From Rhynchobatus australiae (Eukaryota), in contig JAUZTB010000048.1 in NCBI GenBank assembly GCA_034780895.1, forward strand, positions 33,071,309 through 33,135,308: 64,000 nucleotides of DNA. Direction: 5' to 3'. This document shows positions 27,101 through 40,484 of this stretch, piece after piece. Below the pieces are notes generated by a model, which saw only the letters and a list, made by a program, of their open reading frames with translations, was not told where the DNA came from and searched no databases. Position numbers and translations under genes: made by a program. Each line of letters begins with the position of its first letter. Within the stretch, counting starts at the first letter, position 1.

Positions 27101-29427
27101 AAATAAACTTCCATCCTTGATAATGCCCTAATTTACCTAGAAGCAACTTAGGACAGAAATGCTGTGCTGCTTGCTTTTTTTTGTATGTCAGGTTTGACAG
27201 GGAACTGGAAAACTTACACAATGGTGAAATGTTTTACAATAGAGTAATTATTCTTCACAAGAATTTCCACCCCAAAATATGTGAAATTCCAAATCCAGTA
27301 GTTGAAGACATTCTTGAGGGAACTGGTGATCACTGATTTTTTTTTCCTTTCAAGAAAATACAGTCACTAATCAAATGTACAATTACCACAAGAATTATCC
27401 CATGAAATGTTAGTCTCTGGCTTCTATTCAATGCCTTTACAGTAAACAACTGAATCCAAACACTTAACTTATTGACCAACAAACCCTGACTGATTTTAGC
27501 AAGAGTGCATCCAAAGTAGAAATATCAAGAAGCAGTCACTTCTAGCTTAACCCACAAGTCAGGAATACTTATTCTATTGCCAAATATCTAACAAATTGCC
27601 AAATCTATAAATATGTCTTGCCTTAGAAAGGAGAAAAGATGCAATTTCACTCCCAATTAAAAATCAATATTAGTATACTTTGCAGATTTATCTGAGTTTT
27701 TCTAGTGATTTGTAAGTTCATATGTTACTCAGGGCAAAATAGGATGAGAATGGGGACAATAAAGACAGAACATGAAACAAATTATAAAACTTTTCAGAAC
27801 TCTTGGGAATTAAAACAATACTAATTGGTCAATATTTTCTGTGGCCAAACTTGAATATCACAAAATTTTAACACCCCTAACTGTTCCATTGTTCCAAGAT
27901 CAGTCATGGTAAGCTAATATCTGCAAGATCTGCATTTCCAAAGCCAAAACCTCCACTACGGAGCTTGGCGTTATTTCACACAGTTGGTATGCCCAACATT
28001 CAACTGTGAAACATTCTGAAACTGAGCCCAGAAAAAGCTGCTGGAGATTGCAAATTTGAGGGTGAACTGCACTGAATGGACAAAAATATCTTCACTACAT
28101 TATCAGTTCGAAGGAAAAATTGACTTAAAAAAATCAGAAGGAAAGATAGCTAAGTACTAGGAATGTGAAATTCTTATTCCAAGATGTGGCTCAGTATATA
28201 TTTTCCAATACAAAAATGGTTCTCCAAACTTTCCACATTATATAATAAAATGTACTATTAAAAAGGCTAGTAAAAGCAGAAAAGATTTATTCTAAAAACT
28301 ATTTTCACTCTCTGAATTATTTTTTGTTTAAATTGCAAACAGATTAAGCATACCGTTTCCCACATTCCAGATTGTTATTCAGCAGGATAGGAACATAGGA
28401 TAATGAATCCTTCAAAAAACAACTGTAGAATTCTACTGGAGAAAAACTGAACATTCACTGGAAATTCATTGCTATATTACCCAATGCTGGCTTCTTAAAT
28501 CTACTTAATATTTCAAAGTAGTGGAGATGAGAATTTCAGATAAACTTAAATGTGGATTCATATGCTGGAATTCCACAAACAGAAAGTATACTAGATGTAT
28601 TAGTGGGCCAGTCAGCATTAAACATCATCTTTTCTATTACTTCTACAAGATCAGAGCATTTCTGCCAAAGATTTCCTGTAATACCATCTTGCCTCAAAGC
28701 AATCTAGATCATATAGTTTAAAATTCTGATACTCCCAGTGAAATAATGATGCATATTAAAATTTTAAAAGCATCAGTCCATTCAGTTCTGTTCAATTTAC
28801 AGATTTCTATAATGTACATTTTTTTTTATTTGTTCACATGATATAGCTGTCATTTTGCAGTGCCAGCATTTACTAGTCTTCTCTGGTTGTCCTGGAAAGG
28901 TTAAAACTTGGCTTGGAATAATTACATTGCAATAACAGAAAAAGCCAATGTAACAATGGAGGACAAAATTCCACGTATGCATCTGACCAATCCTAAACAA
29001 AATCTGTTTTCCGAACTTTCAACTCAGATTAACAAGAGCACCATACATTTTATAGGGCCTTTAATGGAATAAAATAATCTTAAAATGCAATTTCATAAAG
29101 GCTATCAAGGAAAGTTTGACACCATGGCATTAGATCTAGTGACTAAAAGCTTAGTCAAAGCTCAAAGACAATGTTAAAAAGAGGCAAAGTGCTTTAAGGA
29201 TGGAATGCTAGGGCTTGGGCTTCTGCAGCTGAAGTAATGGCCAGCACTGGCAAGGAAATGAAAATTGGGGAAGTGTCAAGAGGACAGAATCAGTGAAGTT
29301 CAGAGAACTTACAACGTCACATAGACAGGAACAGCAAGGCTATAAAGGGAAAGCTGAGATTCTAATAGTATGAGTCACCTCATGATTTTCAGATAAAATA
29401 TGAGCCATTCTGGATGAGAGAAATGGA

Positions 29428-29550
29428 GACACTAGAGACTGCAGATGCTGGAATCTGGAGCAAAAAGCAAGATGCTGGAGGAAGTCATTGGGTCAGACAG
29501 CATCTGTAGAGGGAAAAGGACAGTCGATGTTTCAGTTTGAGACCTTTCCA
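29428..29550. mobile_element. Penelope terminal-repeat fragment
   Basis: gagactgcagatgctggaatctggagcaaaa..gctggaggaa..cagcatctgt..cagtcgatgtttc, homologous to 22321-22460. Confidence 0.75.
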
Positions 29551-29591
29551 GGGAGAAAACCAGATTAATATGCAAGGTTTTCTTCACCTAC

Positions 29592-29722
29592 CCCTTGATC
29601 TGGTTGAGATCTCCATCCCCTCCTCCTCCTCCTCCTCCTCCTCCACCTCCTCCTCCTCCTCTTCTTCTTCTTCTTCCTCCTCTTCTTCTTCTTCCTCCTG
29701 TTTAGGCAGGTCCTCAGCCAAA
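29592..29722 (-). CDS. ZMYND8: ZMYND8 coding exon 2 with poly-Glu tract: (S)LAEDLPKQ-E17-V-E8-GMEISTRSR(D)
   Basis: 131 nt, acceptor ctctctttcccatttgcatag and donor gtaggt, phase 2/1 matching both neighbouring exons. The ends align to human LAEEE...EGMDISTRSKD. Confidence 0.93.
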
Positions 29723-30523
29723 CTATGCAAATGGGAAAGAGAGACCGACGGCTTTAAACAAAGAATTACAATAAACAATCATAGCATTATGCACGACAAC
29801 ATGGCAATAGTATTTTGGTAAAAATATACATTTCACTCAAATGCCATGCAAAATATGCTTCCTCAAAATCCTCAACTTGAAGCTTGCAGATCTGCAAGTA
29901 ACCCAGTCCAAAAAGAAACTTATTGCTGACTCTCTGCAGTTTATATTTAATAAAACAGAGACGTTTTATTTTCCATTTGTCCAATCTCTCACACTAAGAC
30001 ATAGCCCTGGAATTTTCCATAGATCAATTCTCATCCTGTTTTTGATATCCCCCTCCCAATCTCAAACTTGGAGAGCTTCTACAGGGATGGACAAGGTTGT
30101 CAGTACTCTTCCAATTTTGGCCTGTGTGCATCTCCAATTTCTTCCACTCTGCCAATCCACATGCAATGAAACCTCTATTTCATCTGTCGAGATCCTAAGC
30201 TCTAGAATCCCTCACAGCTTTGTAACCTGCTCCCTAGACATTGTTTAAAACCTACCCCTTTTCACCAAGCATTTAACAACTCTTTAAGAAGAATGATACT
30301 GTTGGATAACCTGCTCTTGGGCAGAGTCTTGGGACACCTTGCTATCTTGAAAACACAAAACAAATGCAATAAGGTACATAGATTATATACCCCCAAATGG
30401 TGCTGTGTGCTTCCTTAAGACTAAATTCCATACAAAAATTAAGAAAGTTATATTAGTCATATGTTGTTCGCATCTCACCAGTCTTGGTTAGAGAAATGCT
30501 CAAGTGTTTAATGCTATGACATT

Positions 30524-30801
30524 CAGGTCCTCCCCAGGTTATGAAGTTCGGACTTATGTACAGCCTACACATACAAACAAGCATTTGGTGGGACCAGAGG
30601 AATGGATTTGCCAGCTGCTACAGGGCTGCAGTCATCTTCTGCTGCTACAGGGCTGCAGCCATCTTCTGCTGCTACAGGGCTGCAGCCATCTTCTGCTGCC
30701 TGGGAATCTGGTTTGCAGCTGCACTTCCGACTTGCAGCAAACTGTCTGGGTTACAAACAGTTCACAGGAACAAAACCCTACCATAACCTGGGGAGGACCT
30801 G
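30524..30801. mobile_element. Tigger/pogo-like (Tc1-mariner) MITE, 278 bp
   Basis: Perfect 20-bp TIRs caggtcctccccaggttatg / cataacctggggaggacctg. TA follows the right end; the left flank reads TT. Confidence 0.85.
30614..30699. repeat. 27-bp tandem repeat x3.2 (gctgctacagggctgcagccatcttct)
   Basis: Units at 30614, 30641 and 30668, with one mismatch in unit 1. Lies inside the MITE. Confidence 0.95.
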
Positions 30802-33065
30802 TACACCTTCATGGTTATGGCCACTTCTTCATAATTGGGTTCAATAATTTTCAATGCATTTTAGATGTACTCAATGATTAACCATTTTCTCTTTAAATGT
30901 TCAGCAAGGACACGGCAGTTTCAGGTTAAGATCCCGATTAGTTGAAAACATGCTCATATTGAATTCATAGCTCAGCACAAGCCACGGCTTTCAGAAGAAA
31001 AGGGAAAATCCCAGGATATAGGAAGTGGAAAAAATGAGAAAGACAGTGACTAAGGAGTGAACTATAAAATTGGCTGCGAGGTTCTTGCGTAGCAGGCCGT
31101 GCCATTTTTATTTTTCCTGTAATTGTTCTTTTTCAAATAATTTTTACTCAATCACAATTTACACCATATGAATAATCAAAGTCACCAGAACGATAATTAA
31201 GTAGCCCTCTGGCAAACTGAAAAAACCTATCTGGTGCTCTGAGATTTTCCAGTCATACTGAGTTACAAAATATCCCGTTTGCTGTATTAAAATAAAACAT
31301 GAGGATTTGTCCTCTACAAAATGATGTAATGAGACAGTTTATAGATTTAGACCTTAAAAAAAAAGTCAGTGCAAAATAAGAAAATCAGAGGAGACTTCAA
31401 ATGTAATTTATAATTATTGACACTTTAAAACCCCTTGACATTAATCAGGTTCAAGGGAAAAAAAACTGCAGTCTTTATTTGGATGGGTGAGGGAAGCGGA
31501 TGTGACAACCAGATGTAGATCTCAAAATTCAATTCACTGTACTCTCTCAACTGTATATTCTGTGCCCCTACAGTGAATGGTTGGTAGAGTAAGTGAATTA
31601 GGCAAGTCAACTAAACCTCATAGCTGTAGGTCTGATCTTGTTTTTTTTATTATTTTGATTTTGAATGAAACAGAAAACCTGCAATGACCTATTGGCCACA
31701 GAATTACTTCCTTATGCAGTGACACTGAGCAAGGTCTATGTTTACGTTACATAATTTGTGATGAAAGCAAATTGATAATAACTGCACCATGCAATCAGCA
31801 GATGGGTATATGACAACACTATTTTGTAGCAGGATCCCTGGATGTTTACTGCTTAATAATCATACCTATAATATCTTATGTGCCCACATAACCTCAAATG
31901 GGTAAGTGCATTTATGGTTTCATTATGAAATGATTCAACATGAAAGAATTCCTGATGCACATTGTGTCTACCCAGCACTGCCTATTCCATATAACCATAA
32001 AAAAAATCCCCAATTCATCAGCTAATTGTCCCTTGGTTTCAGAGACACTGAATATCTATGAGCATTTCTATTTTATCTAATCAGATTGCCATGGGAATAA
32101 TTTTCCGCTGAATTTATTGGGTTTTTAAATACAAAACAGAAATCTTGTTTGCAGTGAGTAACTCAGCTGCTCTGCATGCACCATTATCAACCATTTACTT
32201 GCCCTGAGTGCACAATGTTTACAATATGCAGAGTCTAAAAATGGAACCTGGCACAGTCAGTCTGCTCCTATCTGTGCCTAAAATGGTGGCACTCTCCATA
32301 ATCACTTCGGCAATTGTCAAGCCTGCAAACCTGTACCATAGACATAATTCTGTCTTAAATGGTTCTATTAATCAAAAGATAGTAACTGTATCTGACTGCA
32401 CTGCAAAACAACCACTAGGCTGCATGCAGCCAACACTTAATTCAGGAAATATTTCACACAGAACAAAAACAAAGTCTAAAGAACATTTCACTGGTATTAA
32501 ATGCCAGTTTGAACCTTAAAGAAAATACCTTTTGCTGTAAACTGAAGGCATGAAAAATGCATTTTGTTCTATACAGCTCAGCAAATATAGCCCAAAACCT
32601 TAAAATACGACATAAAAGACGATTGTGGGATTGAAATATTTACAGAGAAAGCAGCTCTATTGTAGATACAGCAATGGGAGGCTTGCTCAAACTGGTTTGA
32701 ACCAGCTTTTTACCTTGGGCATGACATCTGCTTCTCCTAGACACTGAATTACATCATTATTTTAATCAATTTAAAACAATTTTGCTTTGTGTCTTTGCTA
32801 TAGCATTTATAACAACAAAATTATGTAGAATAGAGCTGAATGCACGTCCCAAGAGGGTTCTGGGCATAAGGAGTCAATGCACTGGGCTGTCTGTTCTTGT
32901 CTCACAGCTTGTACAGCATATCCCATCAACACCAAATATAAACTGTTAACAAAACAGAAGAAATTGCTCCTTTTTAGCCGTGTAGTGTATGTTACATAAA
33001 TGACAGAGTATCACACCTTTTAACTGTTAAAAATATATAAAGTTCTTCAGCTTGGCTGAAATTAC

Positions 33066-33148
33066 CTTGTTGTTGGTGGAACAAAGATGGAGGAAATTTC
33101 CAGAAGGCCTTTCTGAGTCCAGCTACTGCGATTGTCAATCTTTAACAT
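33066..33148 (-). CDS. ZMYND8: Candidate alternative first coding exon of ZMYND8: MLKIDNRSSWTQKGLLEISSIFVPPTT(S)
   Basis: ATG with A at -3, 27 open codons plus 2 nt, donor AAG|gtaatt. Phase 2 is identical to the MQPQS exon, so it would splice in frame to exon 2. Lies in a repeat-poor stretch. No transcript evidence. Confidence 0.5.
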
Positions 33149-36100
33149 ATTCTGTGCTGCTATTGGCTAAATGCTGCATGGTGAGCTATGATTGGCTTGC
33201 AGTGAAAAGCTGTACAGCTGCTGCTACCTTGTTACAGACAGCATCTTTCTGCATTGCAGCCTAGATTATAAGAAACAGGAAAGTATCTGTACAGCTGACT
33301 GACAGATACACAGAGATTTTGGGGATGAGAAATTTAAGCATGCCAAAAAAAATAACTGAACTGTTTACATTCATTCAGGGCACAGCATTGATATGGTTCC
33401 TACGATTATGATGGTCTTGTTCTTCTATGTAGGCCCTTTCAGCACAGCCATGTTTATATTCTACTGCAAATACTGACAAAAGAAGATTGAGGTAGGGTCC
33501 TGTCAATGGATGCATTTCTCCAGGTCATAGTACATGAGCTGAGATCACCATTGTAAAGGGTATCCCTTCTGCAAGAACTTAATTTTGGGAGTATAGGGGG
33601 TGTCATGCAGAGAATAAGTATGATATCACAGCTACATTTTAATCTAACTGGGCAAGATGTTTATATTTAGAGCATCAGGCCTCATATTTGTGGATGAATA
33701 TCAGAATGCACCATTAAATTTGTATGTTGTATATTAGAATCGTTGTCCCAGTTAATAATCAAACCAATGTCCAAAAGGTTTCCAACTAACACTTTCTAAA
33801 GCTTACTCATTCGATAGATGGGTTAAGGAAAACATCTAAAACATCTAATTTTTGAAGGGAAAACTACTGTGTCTCTCATTGAGTTACTTTGTCAACCCCC
33901 CAACAGATTTTACCAAGTTCCTGTTATGGAAAAAGGGTCGCCATCTTGTACAATAGCTTTAAAACTCAACAAATGTGGTGCTTTTGGTTGTTCAGTTTAT
34001 TCTGTTTCCTCACAAATCGAGTTCCACAGCCCCTCCCCCACCTTCTGCTGCTGACTGCCTGCACAGGTCTCACTTGAATCTGGCTCATGTTACAATTGCC
34101 AGGGAGGGCTGTTTAGCACACACTCATTGTCTTGTCCCCGAGTCAGTCTGACAAACATTGAGACTTATGATGTGTAACACCTCATGTCCTCCTTTCCTCC
34201 TACACTATTTGACATTTAAAAAAATCTATAATCCCCACTTCCTGATCTAGCTGGTGCAATATAGCCATTCAAATATCCTTTTTAGCCACTTACACAACGT
34301 CAGCAGTATATGTTTGTCAGCAAGCAGACTGGCTGTCAGATCACAACCATAAATCAAATATGTATGCAGCATTATCCTAACCCAGGAAAGTTCCATTGCT
34401 ATTTGGGAAATACAGAAAATTCTACACACATTGTTGGAGCGGACATATTGCAAACCTTGCACTTGAAAAATCTACAAATTAGAAATAAGAAATTTCACCC
34501 TTTTAAAACACAAGCGTGTTACAGCAGATATTTTTTGAGGGGAGATAGCTAGAAAGGAGGAGAAATGGACCACTGGAAAAAGGAAGTTATTTCAGCAAAA
34601 CTAAAAACACAAATATTTAAAGAAGCTTGTTGTATTGTGGAAAAAGGTAGCGATGCAATGTAGTTTTGGGAGGAAAAACAGACGAGAGACTGACGTTAAA
34701 CTCAGTACAAGAGGTAATCATCATTATCATAATTCAACATGAACAACATCCACTTGAACAGTGGCTTTAATCATCTTCTGAGGAATGTTATGAAACGAAA
34801 TTTAACACCGAGCCACATAAGCAGTTACAAGAGAAGATTAAAAGTTTGGTGACAGAGATAAGTTTTAAGGAGCATACCCAAAAAGACAAATGAGAGGCAA
34901 GTAGGGAATTTCAGGTTTAGACAACTGAAGTCATGGCTGCCAATGGTAGAATGATTAAGTTCGGGAATGATCAAAATGCCAGAATCAGAGGAATGCTGAC
35001 ATCTCATAGGATTGCAAGACCCGATGACACATAGTTAAAGCAACAGTAAGTGAAGCACAGAATGGGAGAAGATCCCCAGACAGGATTGAGAGTATTCAAA
35101 GAAAGTAGCAGTGGCATTGAGGATATTACAAAGATTTCATCATTGCAGAAGATGCCAATAAATACAAGTAAGGGATGCATGGGAAAGGATCCAGAATGTA
35201 GCTTAAGTTAATTGTCCATTTGACTTACCTCCTAGCTTGTCAAAAACTTTTTTTTATTATCTAAAAAGGTACAATTTAGAAGTGGCATTGACATACTCTT
35301 CACTTACCTGGATGATTGTGCTCCAACAATACTGGAGAAGTTCATCAATGTCAACCAGGACAAACTTACCCATTTGATTGGTGCCCCACACACCATCTCC
35401 ATGGTGTCCATTCCATTTAATGAAATCCATTCCATTTAATTATCGTACACATTGACTACTGTGCATACACTAAAGCTTCCTCGACAGACCTCCCAAACCT
35501 GTGATCTCTACCTCGAAAGACATGGGCAGTAGATACACAAAAACAGCACTACCTCCAAGTCACACACCATTCAGACTTGGGTAATACATTTTCATTCTTC
35601 CATTGTTGCTGGGTGAAACTAAAGAAAAATCCCAAAACATCCAACCAAATTGCACCACACGAGTACCTTCATCACAAGTATTGCAGCAGTTCAAGCTAAC
35701 AGCTCACCAGCACTTTCTCAAGGACGATAAATACCAGCCTTAACAGCAGTATCAACACCCATGAATTTCCATAAAGGATACATGTGAGGATGCAAACATT
35801 GGTACATCTTGGGGGGCAAAACAAAAATCAATCCTGAATGGAATGAGCGCATGAACAAGAGCACAGTCAGATTAAAAGGTAGAAACATAAAGAACAAAAT
35901 TCCAGAAATGCAAAGCACGGGTCTTGATAAGAAAGAGTTCATCTTAACATTGAACAGAATGTCAAGGTTGTGAAGGCAAACAGGAAGTCAAAGCCAGAGG
36001 CACAAAGCTGTCACGAGAGATGCAGCAACTCACACAATGCTAATCACAAAGATGTTATTCATGAATTTAAGCTGGGAGGTCAGTACAATTACAAAAGGAT

Positions 36101-38989
36101 ATAGAGGATTCAAAAATAGCTTAAAAAAAAGTTTTAACATTGTAAAAATGTCCCTGCATGCTTTTTGTCCCCAGGTGGCCATGTCAAACAAAATATGACA
36201 AAATGGAGAAGATTTTTTGTTAATTCATACATAGGATTTAATATGACAGATGTGAGAGACAGTAAAGACAGAAAGGATGTAAATAGAAAGGAAATTGAGG
36301 AAAACAGCACTCAGATACCTGAAATCATGATGTCATTAGTTGAGCAAATAGAATCAGAGATGCAAAAGAACCTGAATTGCAACACCACAGAACCAATAGA
36401 CCTTTATCCTTGCAACTTCTGTCAGACCTAATGAGGTACAAAATCATTGAGGGATTGCAAATACAAGGATTTTGAGAATTAAGGAATTGCTGGACCAAGG
36501 ACCAATGCAATCCAAGTTAGTTTATTGGCATCAGACTTAGAGAAGCTTAGGAGACTGGTCAGGAAAGCATTGAAATAATCAAGCTTGGAACTAGTAAAGA
36601 CATGGATAAGGGTTCCAACAGCAGAAGACCAGAGTCAGGTGTGCAGTAGAGGTGGAAACAGCTCATTTTGATTACTGAGAGAATATGAGAAGTTTATTTT
36701 GGGGTCAAATTAGTTCAATGGTAACCAGTGAGAGTTGGAATCACTGGCAACAATGGCTTTGATCTTGGATCTCAAAAGGAAACCATGATAAATCAGAAAC
36801 ACTGCAGGAATTAAGAGAGATTTTGATGGGCCCAGCTGTTACCAATGTACACATTGAGCTCAATGCCTATTCATATGATGTCACCAAAGATTGCATGGAG
36901 GTGAGAAAAAGCAAGCAGCCAAGGATAAGTTCTTGTGCAGCTCCAGATGTAACAATGCAGGAGTGTGAAGATAGGCCATAGTAGGTGACTCTATGCTTAT
37001 GGCTGGAGAGAGAAGAATGGAACCATCCATGGACTAATACACACAACTGGATGACAGAGAGGCAGCACTTGGAGGCTGAAACACGTCAAAAGGAATGGAT
37101 AGTTGTGATGGTGAATCACATCAGAAACCAAATGTCATTTAGATAAGCGCTATATCAGGGCTATGAAAGGAAAAACATAACTAAAGATGTTCAATCATGG
37201 AATTTCATGAAGGATGGACAAAAATGTGGGAGGTGAGTATTTATGATGAAGTAGCAATGTTATTGCAGTGGGCAGAACAAAATTCTTATTGATGAAACTG
37301 CAACAATGTACACCTACCAGCACTAATACACAACTCAGCATTCTAAGTGTGCATACTAAGCTAATACTTGCAGCTATTGCATTGTGGCACATGTTAAATT
37401 TTATATTCTTTTTCAGATACGTACATAGTGAGTGGTTAAGATCTTCAGATCTGGAATGCACTGCTGAGCTAGCAGTGGAGACAGTCTTAATTTTAAACAT
37501 TCAAAATGGGAATATTTATCTGAAAGAAAATAATTTGCAGGTCTTTGGGGAAAGGGCTGGGAAATGAAACTTGCAGCATTGCTCTTGCTTAGAACTGGTT
37601 CAGATCCTATGGGCCAAATGGCCTCCTTTCATGCTGTAACCATTCTGTGACCTGTAATTCAGCAAAGAGCCTTAACCTATTCTCACTTGGATATAATCCA
37701 ACTCTTGTTACTGGATAGCAATCAAATTCAGGGGCCCAAGATGGAAGAATAAAGAAGCCAAAATAATTTAGTGCCACACTGCTGCTCAACTGAGATTGAC
37801 TAGCTCAGCTAACACCAGGAACGGAACTTGCCAAACCCTTCTGGACTCAGTGGGCCTACTCCACATCATTCTGCACATGCATTAGCTCAGCGAGCAGGGC
37901 AAAACAAGGTGCAAGAAAGTGAAACAATATTGGTTAACCAAAAATAAAATTAAATCTTCTTCTTTACCAACCATTTCTTTATTAATCATCAACACTGTAA
38001 AAACAATTTTTAAAAAGTAATTCACAGTATCTTGACTTACCACAAATCAATTCACATTTTGAGGTGGCTCACAATATATACTTCCTTTGTGCACACTATA
38101 GTTAGGGTTGAAGAAATGTCAAATACGAGATGGTGGCAAATAAAAATTGGTTGGGCCAGTTCCCCAGTTCTTAATCTAATTTTCAATCAGTTGTAAAATC
38201 AAATGAAACACAGCATATTTTAGCTGATAAGTGGAAAGAATGGTGCAGACCAATTCACGGGAAACTGTTTCACCATCATTCCACTCAGCTGGTAAACATC
38301 TGCTGTATCTTCCTTCCTTACAACATTACACTGTAAAAGTAGTTAAATCCTTCAATTCTTGGCCAGTAACTCCAGTTATTTTAAAAAAGAGGCTGGAAGC
38401 ACAGTACACATTGGCTGTAAAGTGCCATGAAGCAGCCAGCTACGTGGTTCTCTCCACGATTTTCCACACTGATTATTCCTGAGTGCAGCTATACCGCTTC
38501 AGGGACAAACATTTTTTTTCAATCTTCCCATCCATGCCCATCCCCCACCACCCCAAGGTCAGGGGTTGGGAGGGGAAAGCAGAAAGAGAGAGAAATAAAA
38601 GAGTGAAGTCATTAGTATGATCTACTTCAGCATCTCAGCTTTCAATTCACAATGATGTTTGCCTGTGCAGCTAATGCAAAGAAGGCCAGGGTAAATAAAT
38701 AACAAGATAGTTCCTTTTTGTAAAACAAAGGTTTTATAATTCTGTATCATCAGGCTTTGCACTCCTAAAAACAAGCTTCAGTGATTATTGTGATTACAGT
38801 TAATTAAAATTAGCAAGTGGGAAATGATTGTAAAATGCAATAGGCATGTACATTTACACTTCATTAACAGGGGCACCAAGGCTACCCAACTTCCACTTGG
38901 ACCAGATTTTCGTGTAGTGTAGCTGGTATACAACCTCACCTCAGATTTAGAAGTGTCTGAGTTCAACTGCCATTCCCGCAGATCTGGAG

Positions 38990-39312
38990 GACAAAAAGAG
39001 GGGCTGACATTCCAATCCAGATAGCTATCACCGTAGGAGGTGACACCTTTCAGAAGAAATTTTAAGAGTCCATCTGATTTCTCAGGTGGATGCAAACAAT
39101 GCTGTGGCACTACTCAGAGGAGATGGGGTGTCATCCCCAATGCCTTGGATAATTTCCCTCAAACCAAAAAAATAACAGATTATCAGGACACCAACACAAT
39201 GGGAACTTGCAGAGGGCAAATTTGTTGCTGTATAACTACCACACTTCAAATCTTTGCTGGCTGTAAAATGCTTTGGGGATATTGTGAAAAGCATGAAATA
39301 ATTCAAGTCTTA
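38990..39312 (+). mobile_element. Deu-SINE relic with L2-type tail
   Basis: ctcaggtggatgcaaa..tggcacta..cagattatc..cacttcaaa..ggctgtaaaatgctttgggga, similar to 62895-63197. Confidence 0.6.
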
Positions 39313-40484
39313 GTGGAGGAAAAAATAAAGTACATTTAAAAATTTAAAAATTAGAAGGAAACTGCAACCTCACTGTGGAAATAATCTTCCTATCTGAATG
39401 CCTACAATATCAATCCCATTCAAGAATGAAAACTTGATGAGGGAAGATCAGGAAAATGCTCAGACGTAAGAAATAATGGTGATATGCAGGGTGGATGTTT
39501 CTAAGCCAGAACTTCCTAATCAGGGAGAAAACCTTAGTAAAGCAAGTTCCTGCAAAAATAAAATCCTCAATTATTTAAACTAAGTAACAAAAAAAAGATT
39601 GGTGCAGCAATGCAAAATTTGATTGACAGATGGAGGACCATTAACTATTCCCATAAAAGTCATTTTGTGCTATTAAGCACATGAATTAAATGTGTTCATC
39701 TCTTCAAATAGTTCATTCATGAGCTTCTGAATGAACATGTATGTGACTCAGCACGTCTGTCTTTCTTGCACAAAAGGTATTCAGTATCACATACAGGTAT
39801 AACCTCTTTTTCTAAAAGCAGCCTGGTTCTGGGTTGTACACATCATACGTACAGTATTATCCACCTCTGATATGATTTCAGAATTTCAGGCCACGAGTCC
39901 CTTTTCCATGCTCACCCACTAACACTTCCCCTATGTAATTTGCCATTTTGTCTTGACACTAAAAGGAGATATGCTGAACTACATTGTCAGAGGAGCAGAT
40001 CTGATTTTAAGTGTAACAGTACAATCTGTATCCTACCTTCTTAGTGACGAGGATGATCTTGTTTGCAATTCAAACTAGCTATAGCCTGCCTTGATTCCCT
40101 GTAGGGCAGTAGCCTGCATCTGTACTGCTTCTTCTATTTGCCCACCAACAGGCATGTGACTCTGCTACACAATAGGGCAAGGACCTTCTGTTAAAGAGAA
40201 GGCCACTATAATTGATTAGTGAGGATCAAAACTCTGTGAACCATTAGTCAATTCTCCCTTCTTAAGGAATATTTATAATAACACAGATGATTACACTTTA
40301 AACAGTCAGTTCTGAACAAGATGGCACTAACATGTGACCAAGGGAAGCAAAAAGTAAAAACTCTGTCATTGTAACTACTAAAACTACTTGGAATGCTAGT
40401 TTTTATAACAATCAGACCATAAAAGTAAATGGAAACAATCTTTAACACTTTAAAAGTACATAAAATAAACTGTATGCTGCTTAC

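Noticed and set aside
29537-29821. Poly-serine ORF on the plus strand
   Set aside because: It is the antisense reading of the ZMYND8 poly-Glu exon.
30614-30699. 27-bp repeats as a CRISPR array or repeat protein
   Set aside because: Head-to-tail units with no spacers, inside a MITE in eukaryotic intronic DNA.
35222-35270. Strong minus-strand donor AG|GTAAGT (another G|GTAAGT near 38035-38041)
   Set aside because: No convincing open frame or acceptor upstream. A non-coding exon cannot be excluded but nothing supports it.
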